From a virus (lineage: Duplodnaviria > Caudoviricetes): DNA of 56,208 nucleotides. The notes below the pieces were generated by a model. The model was given only the letters and a program-made list of their open reading frames with translations, was not told the origin of the DNA and made no database searches. The number at the start of each line of letters is the position of its first letter. Positions within the stretch are counted from its first letter, which is position 1. The position numbers and the translations under genes were made by a program. Of this stretch, positions 1 to 6,248 are shown in pieces. The stretch covers positions 1 to 56,208 of IMG/VR virus record IMGVR_UViG_3300017754_001331; one strand, 5' to 3'.

Positions 1-123
1 AGATGCAAACACAGATACTGCAACGCCTCGGCAATATGGCTGTGTTTGTTCTTGTCGATCATCCCATCGGTCTTGGGTTTGTACCGGTAGCCCCCCATCA
101 TGGCAGCCTTGAGCGCAGTGCAT
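1..123. repeat. 123-bp direct terminal repeat, left copy (circular assembly overlap)
   Basis: Bases 1-123 (AGATGCAAACACAG...GCGCAGTGCAT) are identical to 56086-56208; the TerL reading frame continues across the junction. Confidence 0.97.
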
Positions 124-1313
124 CGCGGATCGAGCAGGAACCCCGGATCGCCATCGACCTGCCGCATGAGATACTCATCGACCGCGTTGATCCGCGCAGA
201 GACGTTGTTGGTCTTGGCCGCCATGACGCGCAGCCCCTCAGCTTTGATAATGTCCACAGCACTGCGCTCGTCAGTCTGCGCTCGCTGAATACCCGCCGGG
301 TCGGTCACCACCATCACAGGCACACCCGAGAAGCGCTCGTATAGCAACGGTTTGAGTACGGTGCGGACGAACCTCTGGATACCCATGTCGAAGCTGACAG
401 CCTCGGCGAGGATGAGCGCACGCCCCCTCGGGTCCTGTTGTCCGATGACAGCCGCAGGCGTTAGCCCCAAGTCCATCCCGATTATGATAGGCCGCACCCC
501 GTTGACGATGGGCCTGAGCATCTGCTTGGCCATGTGGTAGTCCGGCCTGAAGTATTTGTACACAGGCTGACCAGCGGAGCTAAGGCCGTAGTCCCCGTCG
601 ATGAACACCCGGACATATTCTTCCGAGCGACCCTGCGTGTCGTAATAACCTTCGGGCAGGTTCTCGATATTCTCGGCGTAGGGACTGCGACCCGAAGGCT
701 GTTTGAACACATCCCAGCCATTGTCGTTGGCCGACACACCGTCCTTGGGGTCGAGCTTCTCGAACTGGTAGTACCACCATGTGTCCATCGTCGGCGGGTT
801 AGTATCTCCCCACATCCCATGCCATGTGGGTCCACCATCCTTGGCGGAAGGGAAACGTCCAACACGCTTTGACATGGCATCCACGATATCAGGGTGGATA
901 TCCCGGCACTCGTTGAACCATGCGAAGGTAAGTTCGAGCGAGTTCAGGTTGGCCACATCGTCAGCATCATCAAGCGCACGGAACATAATCTCGCACTCGA
1001 CATCGCCCACTTTAAAGAAATAAGTCTTCTTGGTCCGCAGCCATGTGCCACACTGCCCCGGCGGGAACCAGTCGAGGAAGGTCTTGATCGTGGTATCTTC
1101 CAGCTGCCGGGCTGTTTCACGGACCACCGCTGCGCGTGTCCGCCGTTTACCCGACTCATCAGGCTCCTGCATGGACGCCCGGCGTATGATCTCGAAGCAG
1201 CAGGTCACCGACTTGCCCGATCCGACCGGCCCCATGAGCGCACGCATCTTGGCATTGCTCGACATGAAGCGTTTGCCGGTAGGCGGCGGCGTATAATTGA
1301 TAGTTAAAGACAT
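1..1313 (-). CDS. terL: Terminase large subunit, N-terminal and major part (continues at 56085..56010; about 462 aa in total)
   Basis: Missing from the ORF track because it crosses the window edge. Hand translation from ATG 1313 gives MSLTINYTPPPTGKRFMSSNAKMRALMGPVGSGKSVTCCFEIIRRASMQEP...RTRAAVVRET with Walker A GPVGSGKS. The C-terminal nuclease end reads ...DKNKHSHIAEALQY. It lies downstream of a TerS-like gene and upstream of the portal. Confidence 0.93.
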   Translation of the reverse strand, partial: MSLTINYTPPPTGKRFMSSNAKMRALMGPVGSGKSVTCCFEIIRRASMQEPDESGKRRTRAAVVRETARQLEDTTIKTFLDWFPPGQCGTWLRTKKTYFFKVGDVECEIMFRALDDADDVANLNSLELTFAWFNECRDIHPDIVDAMSKRVGRFPSAKDGGPTWHGMWGDTNPPTMDTWWYYQFEKLDPKDGVSANDNGWDVFKQPSGRSPYAENIENLPEGYYDTQGRSEEYVRVFIDGDYGLSSAGQPVYKYFRPDYHMAKQMLRPIVNGVRPIIIGMDLGLTPAAVIGQQDPRGRALILAEAVSFDMGIQRFVRTVLKPLLYERFSGVPVMVVTDPAGIQRAQTDERSAVDIIKAEGLRVMAAKTNNVSARINAVDEYLMRQVDGDPGFLLDPRCTALKAAMMGGYRYKPKTDGMIDKNKHSHIAEALQYLCLH

Positions 1314-1316
1314 GGC

Positions 1317-1523
1317 TTAGTGTTTCATCCTGTCTATCTCATAGTCCTCGCGATTATCCAACGCGTGGTGGACCCATATGCCAAGGTCATCGTCGTCTTC
1401 GTCAGGTCTGCACCAGCATTCATTATGAAGCTCATGCTCTCGCAGGTCGTTTACCGGCACGATATGGGAGTGCCGCTCCCCGCACTCTTCGTAGATTATA
1501 GCCGCTGCCCAACCGAAACGCAT
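1317..1523 (-). CDS. Small His/Cys-containing hypothetical protein (possible metal binding)
   Basis: 68 aa with HIVPVNDLREH...CWCRP...VHHALD; tightly packed between TerS-adjacent ORF and TerL. Confidence 0.7.
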   Translation of the reverse strand: MRFGWAAAIIYEECGERHSHIVPVNDLREHELHNECWCRPDEDDDDLGIWVHHALDNREDYEIDRMKH

Positions 1524-1526
1524 GGC

Positions 1527-1679
1527 CTACCCCAATATCATAACGATATATTCAAGTCCGTGCTTCTTGGTCTTGATGATCTTGGTCCGGTAGGACCGGC
1601 CTTCTCCACGGAGTATATCCTCGGCAGTCGCAGCGCCGCCAGCGGTTTTGAACCTCAGACAGGGCGTGCCCTCAAACAT
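1527..1679 (-). CDS. Hypothetical protein (50 aa)
   Basis: ATG 1679 (MFEGTPCLRFKT...) overlaps the TerS stop; fills the operon gap. Confidence 0.6.
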   Translation of the reverse strand: MFEGTPCLRFKTAGGAATAEDILRGEGRSYRTKIIKTKKHGLEYIVMILG

Positions 1680-2175
1680 ACTCGTCGGAGTCAGCGTCAT
1701 CAATGTCATCGGCGTCAACCTCAATCACTCGTGGTGTCGCGTCTATAACCTTCATATCAGCTGGAGACGAGCCAAGGTTGATCATGATCTTCACGCCACC
1801 GACACTGGCGTTCTGCTCCTCGTTGTTTTTCGGTTCGAGGCCAGCCCACTTCACAGTGCTCTTGATCAGGTCGGCTTTTACGGCAGGTGACACTGCCGGG
1901 TCGTGGATCAACATATAACTTGTTGTCAGGAGTTCTTCCGCCTGTGCCCGCGCTTTGAGTCGGAACGTCAGTCCTTTCTCTTTCACCTCCTCGCGGTAGG
2001 TCTCCACGCGCTTGAGGAACACAGGGTCACGATTGAAAACCAAGAGGTGATTGGCGTCTATCCTGTGCCGATCCTTGATCTCGTCGAGGCTTTCCCCACT
2101 GCCCTCAAGGCATAGCGCTATGTCGAACGCGAGGCGGTCGGTCCATTTAGTCAGGTGTAGGGGCAGGCTGTCCAT
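1672..2175 (-). CDS. terS: Probable terminase small subunit
   Basis: 167 aa, first gene of the late arm upstream of TerL; helical N-terminus and a C-terminal GGVKIMINLG beta strand plus acidic tail typical of TerS. Assignment is mostly positional. Confidence 0.7.
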   Translation of the reverse strand: MDSLPLHLTKWTDRLAFDIALCLEGSGESLDEIKDRHRIDANHLLVFNRDPVFLKRVETYREEVKEKGLTFRLKARAQAEELLTTSYMLIHDPAVSPAVKADLIKSTVKWAGLEPKNNEEQNASVGGVKIMINLGSSPADMKVIDATPRVIEVDADDIDDADSDEYV

Positions 2176-2181
2176 CGGGGG

Positions 2182-2209
2182 ATGGTAGCATTTTGGTGGG
2201 GTCCGTCAA
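2182..2209 (-). promoter_or_regulatory. Sigma70-type promoter for terS (probably leaderless transcript)
   Basis: TTGACG-N16-TACCAT with a TGn extended -10; only 6 nt separate the -10 from the terS ATG, and there is no SD. Confidence 0.6.
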
Positions 2210-2215
2210 GATATC

Positions 2216-2285
2216 GCGTAACTATACACGTTTGTTTTTGGGGCGGCAAAATTTTTGGCGTAACTATACACGTTGCTTTTTGGGG
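2216..2285. repeat. Two direct repeats GCGTAACTATACACGTT-g-Y-TTTT-GGG
   Basis: Copies at about 2216-2243 and 2258-2285, each containing the TAACTATAC motif. Confidence 0.85.
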
Positions 2286-2405
2286 GTGTTGGATTGTGAG
2301 GTTTACTACACTACGGGGGGCCTAGCTTTCGCTAGTCCATGTGCCCCCCCCATGCGCGCCCACACGCGCACACACCCGCACGCACGCGCCTGCGCGCATT
2401 GGCCC

Positions 2406-2430
2406 CGAAACTTTACATTCATGCCGAATT
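2406..2430 (+). promoter_or_regulatory. Putative early promoter, copy 1 (CGAAACTTTACAT...CGAATT)
   Basis: 19/25 identical to the element at 3882-3906; contains a -35-like TTTACA; lies upstream of the first + strand gene. Confidence 0.55.
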
Positions 2431-2470
2431 AGGCGATAAAGAATAGGCCAAAGCGGAACACCGCCTCGGC

Positions 2471-2505
2471 GACGGGACGCATCCCACCCCGTCTGATCTT
2501 TGAAA
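2471..2505 (+). promoter_or_regulatory. Hairpin plus boxA-like antitermination element
   Basis: GACGGG/CCCGTC stem (2471-2493) directly followed by TGATCTTTGAAA (2494-2505), which resembles boxA (YGCTCTTT-A-A). Confidence 0.5.
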
Positions 2506-2535
2506 GCCTCGGGATAGGCAAACTGGAGACTTAGC

Positions 2536-2823
2536 ATGGCTAAGGTTTATGAAGGTCGTTTTGGCATCAAGGCCAACGGCAAGGGTGAAGTGGTTCTCGG
2601 CAAGCTCGTGGACGGCAAGTATACCGCAGATGATGCGGCAGCGGTTCACAAGCGTGTTCAGGCTCTGGCCAAGGAACACAAGCTGGTTGCTCGGGTTTTC
2701 AAACCCGACGCAAAGGGCACCGAACCGGTGATTCTCGCCGACAAGTGGGGAAATCCCTATCTTGCCCTACTCCCCAAGCGGGACGGCGTGGTCGCCAAGC
2801 GCAAGAGCGCTTACTTCGATTAA
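2536..2823 (+). CDS. Early hypothetical protein (95 aa, basic)
   Basis: GGAGA SD, ATG start, coherent composition. Confidence 0.8.
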   Translation: MAKVYEGRFGIKANGKGEVVLGKLVDGKYTADDAAAVHKRVQALAKEHKLVARVFKPDAKGTEPVILADKWGNPYLALLPKRDGVVAKRKSAYFD

Positions 2824-2830
2824 CCTCAAC

Positions 2831-2866
2831 GGGAGGGACGCAAGTCCCTCCCACCTTCTTGGAGAC
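2831..2866 (+). repeat. Intergenic hairpin-RBS cassette, copy 1
   Basis: GGGAGGGAC-GCAA-GTCCCTCCC followed by ACCTTCTTGGAGAC. Confidence 0.85.
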
Positions 2867-2870
2867 GCAT

Positions 2871-3014
2871 ATGTTCCATGTAGTTTGGTATGAAGGCTGG
2901 AGCGAGAACATCCACTCGTTCGACACTCACGAGCAAGCCGCTCAATTCATTCTCGACACGGGCATGGACCCGGACGAGTTCGATATCATGGAAGGCCACT
3001 TCCCTGACGTTTGA
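2871..3014 (+). CDS. Small acidic early protein (47 aa)
   Basis: MFHVVWYEGWSENIHSFDTHEQAAQFILDTGMDPDEFDIMEGHFPDV after a GGAGA SD. Confidence 0.75.
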   Translation: MFHVVWYEGWSENIHSFDTHEQAAQFILDTGMDPDEFDIMEGHFPDV

Positions 3015-3019
3015 AACCA

Positions 3020-3055
3020 GAGAGGGACGCGAGTCCCTCTCACCTTCTTGGAGAC
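3020..3055 (+). repeat. Intergenic hairpin-RBS cassette, copy 2
   Basis: GAGAGGGAC-GCGA-GTCCCTCTC followed by the same ACCTTCTTGGAGAC; compensatory change relative to copy 1. Confidence 0.85.
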
Positions 3056-3059
3056 AATC

Positions 3060-3149
3060 ATGAAGCAGTTGTTTGAAGCTACCCTAGTTGCTCTTGGCAC
3101 AGCCCTATTCGTGGTCGGCATCTTCGGCCTATGGGCAATGTCCCACTAA
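3060..3149 (+). CDS. 29-aa single-TM microprotein
   Basis: MKQLFEATLVALGTALFVVGIFGLWAMSH; GGAGA SD; followed by a terminator; below the ORF-track cutoff. Confidence 0.7.
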   Translation: MKQLFEATLVALGTALFVVGIFGLWAMSH

Positions 3150-3155
3150 CTCCCC

Positions 3156-3188
3156 ACCCCACTGGCTCCGGCTGGTGGGGTTTCTTTT
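3156..3188 (+). terminator. Rho-independent terminator
   Basis: ACCCCACTGGC-TCCG-GCTGGTGGGGT stem followed by TTCTTTT. Confidence 0.8.
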
Positions 3189-3759
3189 CGCCTGCGGCGC
3201 GTAACTGTCGGGCATAGCCCTCCCATACGTCGGGGGTTTATAGCTGTGCTAACGCCGTTATCATGCACTATGTAGGGGGGCTGTATAGTTATATCAGAAA
3301 TGTGTATAGTTGCATCAATACTTGTAATAAAATCAATAACTTAATTTTTAAATAATATACTTTTTTTGGAATCGGCCTAACTTTACATTGTTAGGTAACT
3401 ATACAAACTATACGTATAGTTTGGCAAAAAGCCACGGAAATCCAAGGATTATTCTTACTCTATCTATTCTAAGTGATATAAATAATATAAAAAATATAGG
3501 AAAAAATTGAATAGGTCGCGAAATGTTTTGACCCCTGTGGATAACTTTTCTAAATACGTGTATACTTCCCAATAATCTCCCCTCCTTACCCCCCGCGCAG
3601 CTTATTATTCCCAAAAACCTATATTATTTATATCATCCGTTATATTTCAAGCACTTACAGTAGATTATTTGGCTAACTATACTATATCATTGCGATCTGT
3701 ATACTTACAACTTTATCGTGGTTTATCAAACATTTATCACTAACTATACACAATCTAAT

Positions 3760-3819
3760 TAAATTTCAAACACGTTTTTATTTTGATTTTAAATTTCAAA
3801 CACGTTTTTATTTTGATTT
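3760..3819. repeat. Perfect 30-bp tandem repeat x2 (third variant copy at 3936-3964)
   Basis: TAAATTTCAAACACGTTTTTATTTTGATTT at 3760-3789 and 3790-3819; 29-nt copy with one mismatch at 3936-3964. Confidence 0.95.
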
Positions 3820-3881
3820 AGCCCTAACTATACGCTCTGCCGCGTCTCGCCGAAAAACTCAACAAAATCAACGGCTTGCGG

Positions 3882-3916
3882 CGAAACTTGACATCCCCGA
3901 CGAAATCGACCAAACT
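3882..3916 (+). promoter_or_regulatory. Putative early promoter, copy 2
   Basis: CGAAACTTGACATCCCCGACGAAAT; TTGACA-N17-CAAACT; upstream of the long + strand operon. Confidence 0.6.
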
Positions 3917-4000
3917 CGGAGCCGAGCCGCCAAACAAATTTCAAACAAGTTTTTATTTTGATTTGGTTGTTCAGTTACCCACTATATAGGAGTGATGGCA

Positions 4001-4282
4001 ATGAGCCGGACCAAAGTATACACCAGATTTGCTGACCTTACAGACATCTATACACCACGTTTCAACCCCATAACTATACGTCCTATACGCCGTCATTATC
4101 TGTCGGCTTCTGATGCAGTGTATGATTTCACCATTGGTCATGACTTCGCTGTCAGTGACCACAACTCCCCTTTCCATGGCTGCCTGATATCGGTTCTGGA
4201 TAAGCGGACCCTTATTCAACATGGCTATACCCATGCCACCATCAGCTACAACTATGACCGTGAAGTGGAGATCAAGCTGTGA
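4001..4282 (+). CDS. Early hypothetical protein
   Basis: AGGAG SD at 3988; resembles small phage early proteins with an R-x-Y-x-S...D-F...G-x-D-F pattern. Confidence 0.7.
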   Translation: MSRTKVYTRFADLTDIYTPRFNPITIRPIRRHYLSASDAVYDFTIGHDFAVSDHNSPFHGCLISVLDKRTLIQHGYTHATISYNYDREVEIKL

Positions 4283-4554
4283 ATTATATGGAACGTAATA
4301 TCGAACTGTCTATCGACGCTGACCACCATGTCGAGATGGCTGAGATCACTGGTAACAAGGAACTGTTCGCTACCATCGGCTATCTGAGCCAGTGGAATAT
4401 GAACCTGAAGAAGGTCCGTATCTGTGGTGGTGTCTATGACGGTAATCCTGAGCTTATCGCTACCTATTGGAGACATGATACCACTGAGCCGCAGCCTATT
4501 GCCTATCAGATCGGTGCTGTCTGGCACGGTGATCACTTTGGTTTCCACAGTTAA
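4279..4554 (+). CDS. Early hypothetical protein (91 aa)
   Basis: GTGA overlap with the upstream gene; GGAG SD. Confidence 0.75.
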   Translation: MNYMERNIELSIDADHHVEMAEITGNKELFATIGYLSQWNMNLKKVRICGGVYDGNPELIATYWRHDTTEPQPIAYQIGAVWHGDHFGFHS

Positions 4555-4616
4555 GCCGAAACAGGGACTACGGTCCCTGTCCAGTGGGGTGGTCCCCTAC
4601 TGCTGATGAGGCAGCC
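4555..4616 (+). ncRNA. Type II hammerhead ribozyme
   Basis: GCC-GAAA-[CAGGGAC-UACG-GUCCCUG]-UC-[CAGUGGGG-UGGUC-CCCUACUG]-CUGAUGA-GGC. All core nucleotides (CUGAUGA, GAAA, GUC cleavage triplet) and stems I, II and III are present, and the element is intergenic. Confidence 0.9.
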
Positions 4617-4638
4617 CCCTCTACCGATGGAGACAGCA

Positions 4639-4983
4639 ATGTCTAAGAAATCTACTCGTGTATCTGGCTGGAAATGCCGGACCTATGTCCAGAATAAGGA
4701 ACCATTCCACAACTCCAACAAGCAACTCTATGGGCAGTGGGTGACCAGTGACCGCTATGTAGTGTATAGTTACGGTGCTCACTGGCCGTTGCTGGTATGG
4801 GATGACACTGTCCAGCGTTGGTTCGGGAACTATAACAAGACCAGCCGGACCACTACCAAACATGCCAGTCAGACTCATCCCCTGACCGATCTCCACCCTC
4901 TGTCACTGCAACAGATACAGGTCTTGGCAGAGCGTGGTTACCAGACCTTGGCAGCTAACCGGATAGGAGGGTTTCAGCCGTGA
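4639..4983 (+). CDS. Early hypothetical protein (YVVYSYG...KTSRTTTKH family)
   Basis: GGAGA SD; the YVVYSYGxHxP...SxTTxKH pattern recurs in phage early genes. Confidence 0.8.
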   Translation: MSKKSTRVSGWKCRTYVQNKEPFHNSNKQLYGQWVTSDRYVVYSYGAHWPLLVWDDTVQRWFGNYNKTSRTTTKHASQTHPLTDLHPLSLQQIQVLAERGYQTLAANRIGGFQP

Positions 4984-5207
4984 GACAGGATATATTCAGA
5001 ACCGTAACTGAGTTGTTAGACAGCCGTGACTGCGTGATAATGGGCAATGCCGTCAATAATGAGGGCAAACTATACGATGACAGTGTCGAGAACCTCAATG
5101 CACTGCGGATGTTGGAGCCATCACTGCGTGAGCTTGTGGCTATCTGTGAAGCGGAGGGTATCCAAGCGATAGCTCTGTATGAAATTATCGAACTTATAGG
5201 GGAGTGA
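4980..5207 (+). CDS. Hypothetical protein (75 aa)
   Basis: GTGA overlap; GGAGG SD. Confidence 0.65.
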   Translation: MRQDIFRTVTELLDSRDCVIMGNAVNNEGKLYDDSVENLNALRMLEPSLRELVAICEAEGIQAIALYEIIELIGE

Positions 5208-5208
5208 T

Positions 5209-5790
5209 ATGAACATCGACCTTATTGAGAAACACCGTGATATCAACACTGAGCACTTTGACTGGTGGGACTGCACCTATGACCACTTCGCAGAGGATAT
5301 GCTGGCCAAACATATCACTGTGGACAAGATGCTTTTCAGTGGCTTCTGGTGTCAGGGGGATGGTGCATCGTTCACTGGCCATATCACCAACAGCAAAGCG
5401 TTCATGGAAACCCATGACCTGACAGAAACCTATCCATGGGTGACAAAACTGCTAGCCGCAGGGGGTGATTTCGATCTGCGTATCGAGCGGACTAGCCATC
5501 ACTATGTCCATGAGAACACTGTCAGCGCTGATATCGCTTCCGCTGATATGTTCTGTAATTTGCTGGATAGTGACGAGTTCCGTGACCTGATTACCACTCA
5601 GTGGGATAAAAACCTCGACAAGGAATATGACCAACTTGAGAGCCATGTCACCGAGATCATACGGGACTATTGCGTGGACCTCTACCGCCGACTCGAAAAG
5701 GAATATGATTACCTGACCAGCGATGAAGCTGTGTGGGATGCCATAGTGGCAAACGACCTCGACGTTATCGAGGAAATGGAGACTGCATAA
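5209..5790 (+). CDS. Acidic protein of the FSGFWxQGDGA family (often labelled antitoxin-like)
   Basis: Motifs FSGFWCQGDGASF and LYRRLEKEYDYLTSDEAV; strongly D/E-rich. Confidence 0.75.
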   Translation: MNIDLIEKHRDINTEHFDWWDCTYDHFAEDMLAKHITVDKMLFSGFWCQGDGASFTGHITNSKAFMETHDLTETYPWVTKLLAAGGDFDLRIERTSHHYVHENTVSADIASADMFCNLLDSDEFRDLITTQWDKNLDKEYDQLESHVTEIIRDYCVDLYRRLEKEYDYLTSDEAVWDAIVANDLDVIEEMETA

Positions 5791-6074
5791 TGGAAGAAAC
5801 TGTAATCAAACGCGGCATTGAGCCGGTGATGATCCGTGTTGGTGGTGCTGAAGTCAATGGTGACAAGGTGGTTCGAGTAACCATCAACATCTTTTCCCGT
5901 GATGGACAGACTACCAGCGATATCGATCTAGCTACGGCTAGCTTTGTCCATGCTCAGGAGTTGTTCACTGCGCTGGATAGGCTGACTGACCTGACTTCAG
6001 AGGGTGACCCCGAAATGCGGGATGCTCTCGAAGAAGCACAAGAACTTATCAACGACATTCGGAGGTATTGGTAA
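5790..6074 (+). CDS. Hypothetical protein (94 aa)
   Basis: TAATG coupling with the upstream gene; GGAGA SD. Confidence 0.7.
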   Translation: MEETVIKRGIEPVMIRVGGAEVNGDKVVRVTINIFSRDGQTTSDIDLATASFVHAQELFTALDRLTDLTSEGDPEMRDALEEAQELINDIRRYW

Positions 6075-6244
6075 TGCGTTTATTTGCCCTTCGACGACAG
6101 AAGCGGGGGCCGCTGGTCACCGACCAGTTTGGTGAAGTGATTTACCACGACAGTAAGATGGATGCCAAGCGACATCGGGATCGTTTGGCTCGTGGTGCCG
6201 TTGTTACATTTGGTCCCGACCACAAGCTATACACAGGAGAATAA
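6074..6244 (+). CDS. Hypothetical protein (56 aa, basic)
   Basis: MRLFALRRQKRGPLVTDQFGEVIYHDSKMDAKRHRDRLARGAVVTFGPDHKLYTGE; TAATG overlap and GGAGG SD; not in the ORF track. Confidence 0.7.
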   Translation: MRLFALRRQKRGPLVTDQFGEVIYHDSKMDAKRHRDRLARGAVVTFGPDHKLYTGE

Positions 6245-6248
6245 GTTT

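Larger units (their letters stand above)
3280..3970. other. AT-rich non-coding region, probable replication origin/control region
   Basis: Perfect DnaA box TGTGGATAA (3536-3544); IHF consensus matches (3331-3343, 3866-3878, near-match 3645-3657); 16-bp inverted repeat (3474-3489 / 3620-3635); 20-bp palindrome (3404-3423); many AACTATAC motifs; 30-bp tandem repeats. Confidence 0.65.

Noticed and set aside
3-1307. Several + strand ORFs (3..344, 534..872, 894..1307) and - strand 482..880
   Set aside because: They are antisense or off-frame shadows of the terminase large subunit gene, which the ORF track omitted.
2831-3055. Hairpin cassettes as additional hammerhead ribozymes
   Set aside because: They share the GGGAC/GTCCC stem and one follows GAAAC, but no CUGANGA core or stem I is present.
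3408-3614. 68-aa - strand ORF in the AT-rich region
   Set aside because: TTG start, no SD, atypical composition; it overlaps the DnaA box and inverted repeats and is probably non-coding.
3760-3964. 30-bp repeats as a mini CRISPR array
   Set aside because: The first two copies abut with no spacer, the third is 116 nt away, and there is no cas operon; they fit iterons or bent DNA better.
4606-4638. Upstream ATG start for the 4639..4983 gene
   Set aside because: That ATG is part of the ribozyme CUGAUGA core; the GGAGA SD supports ATG 4639.
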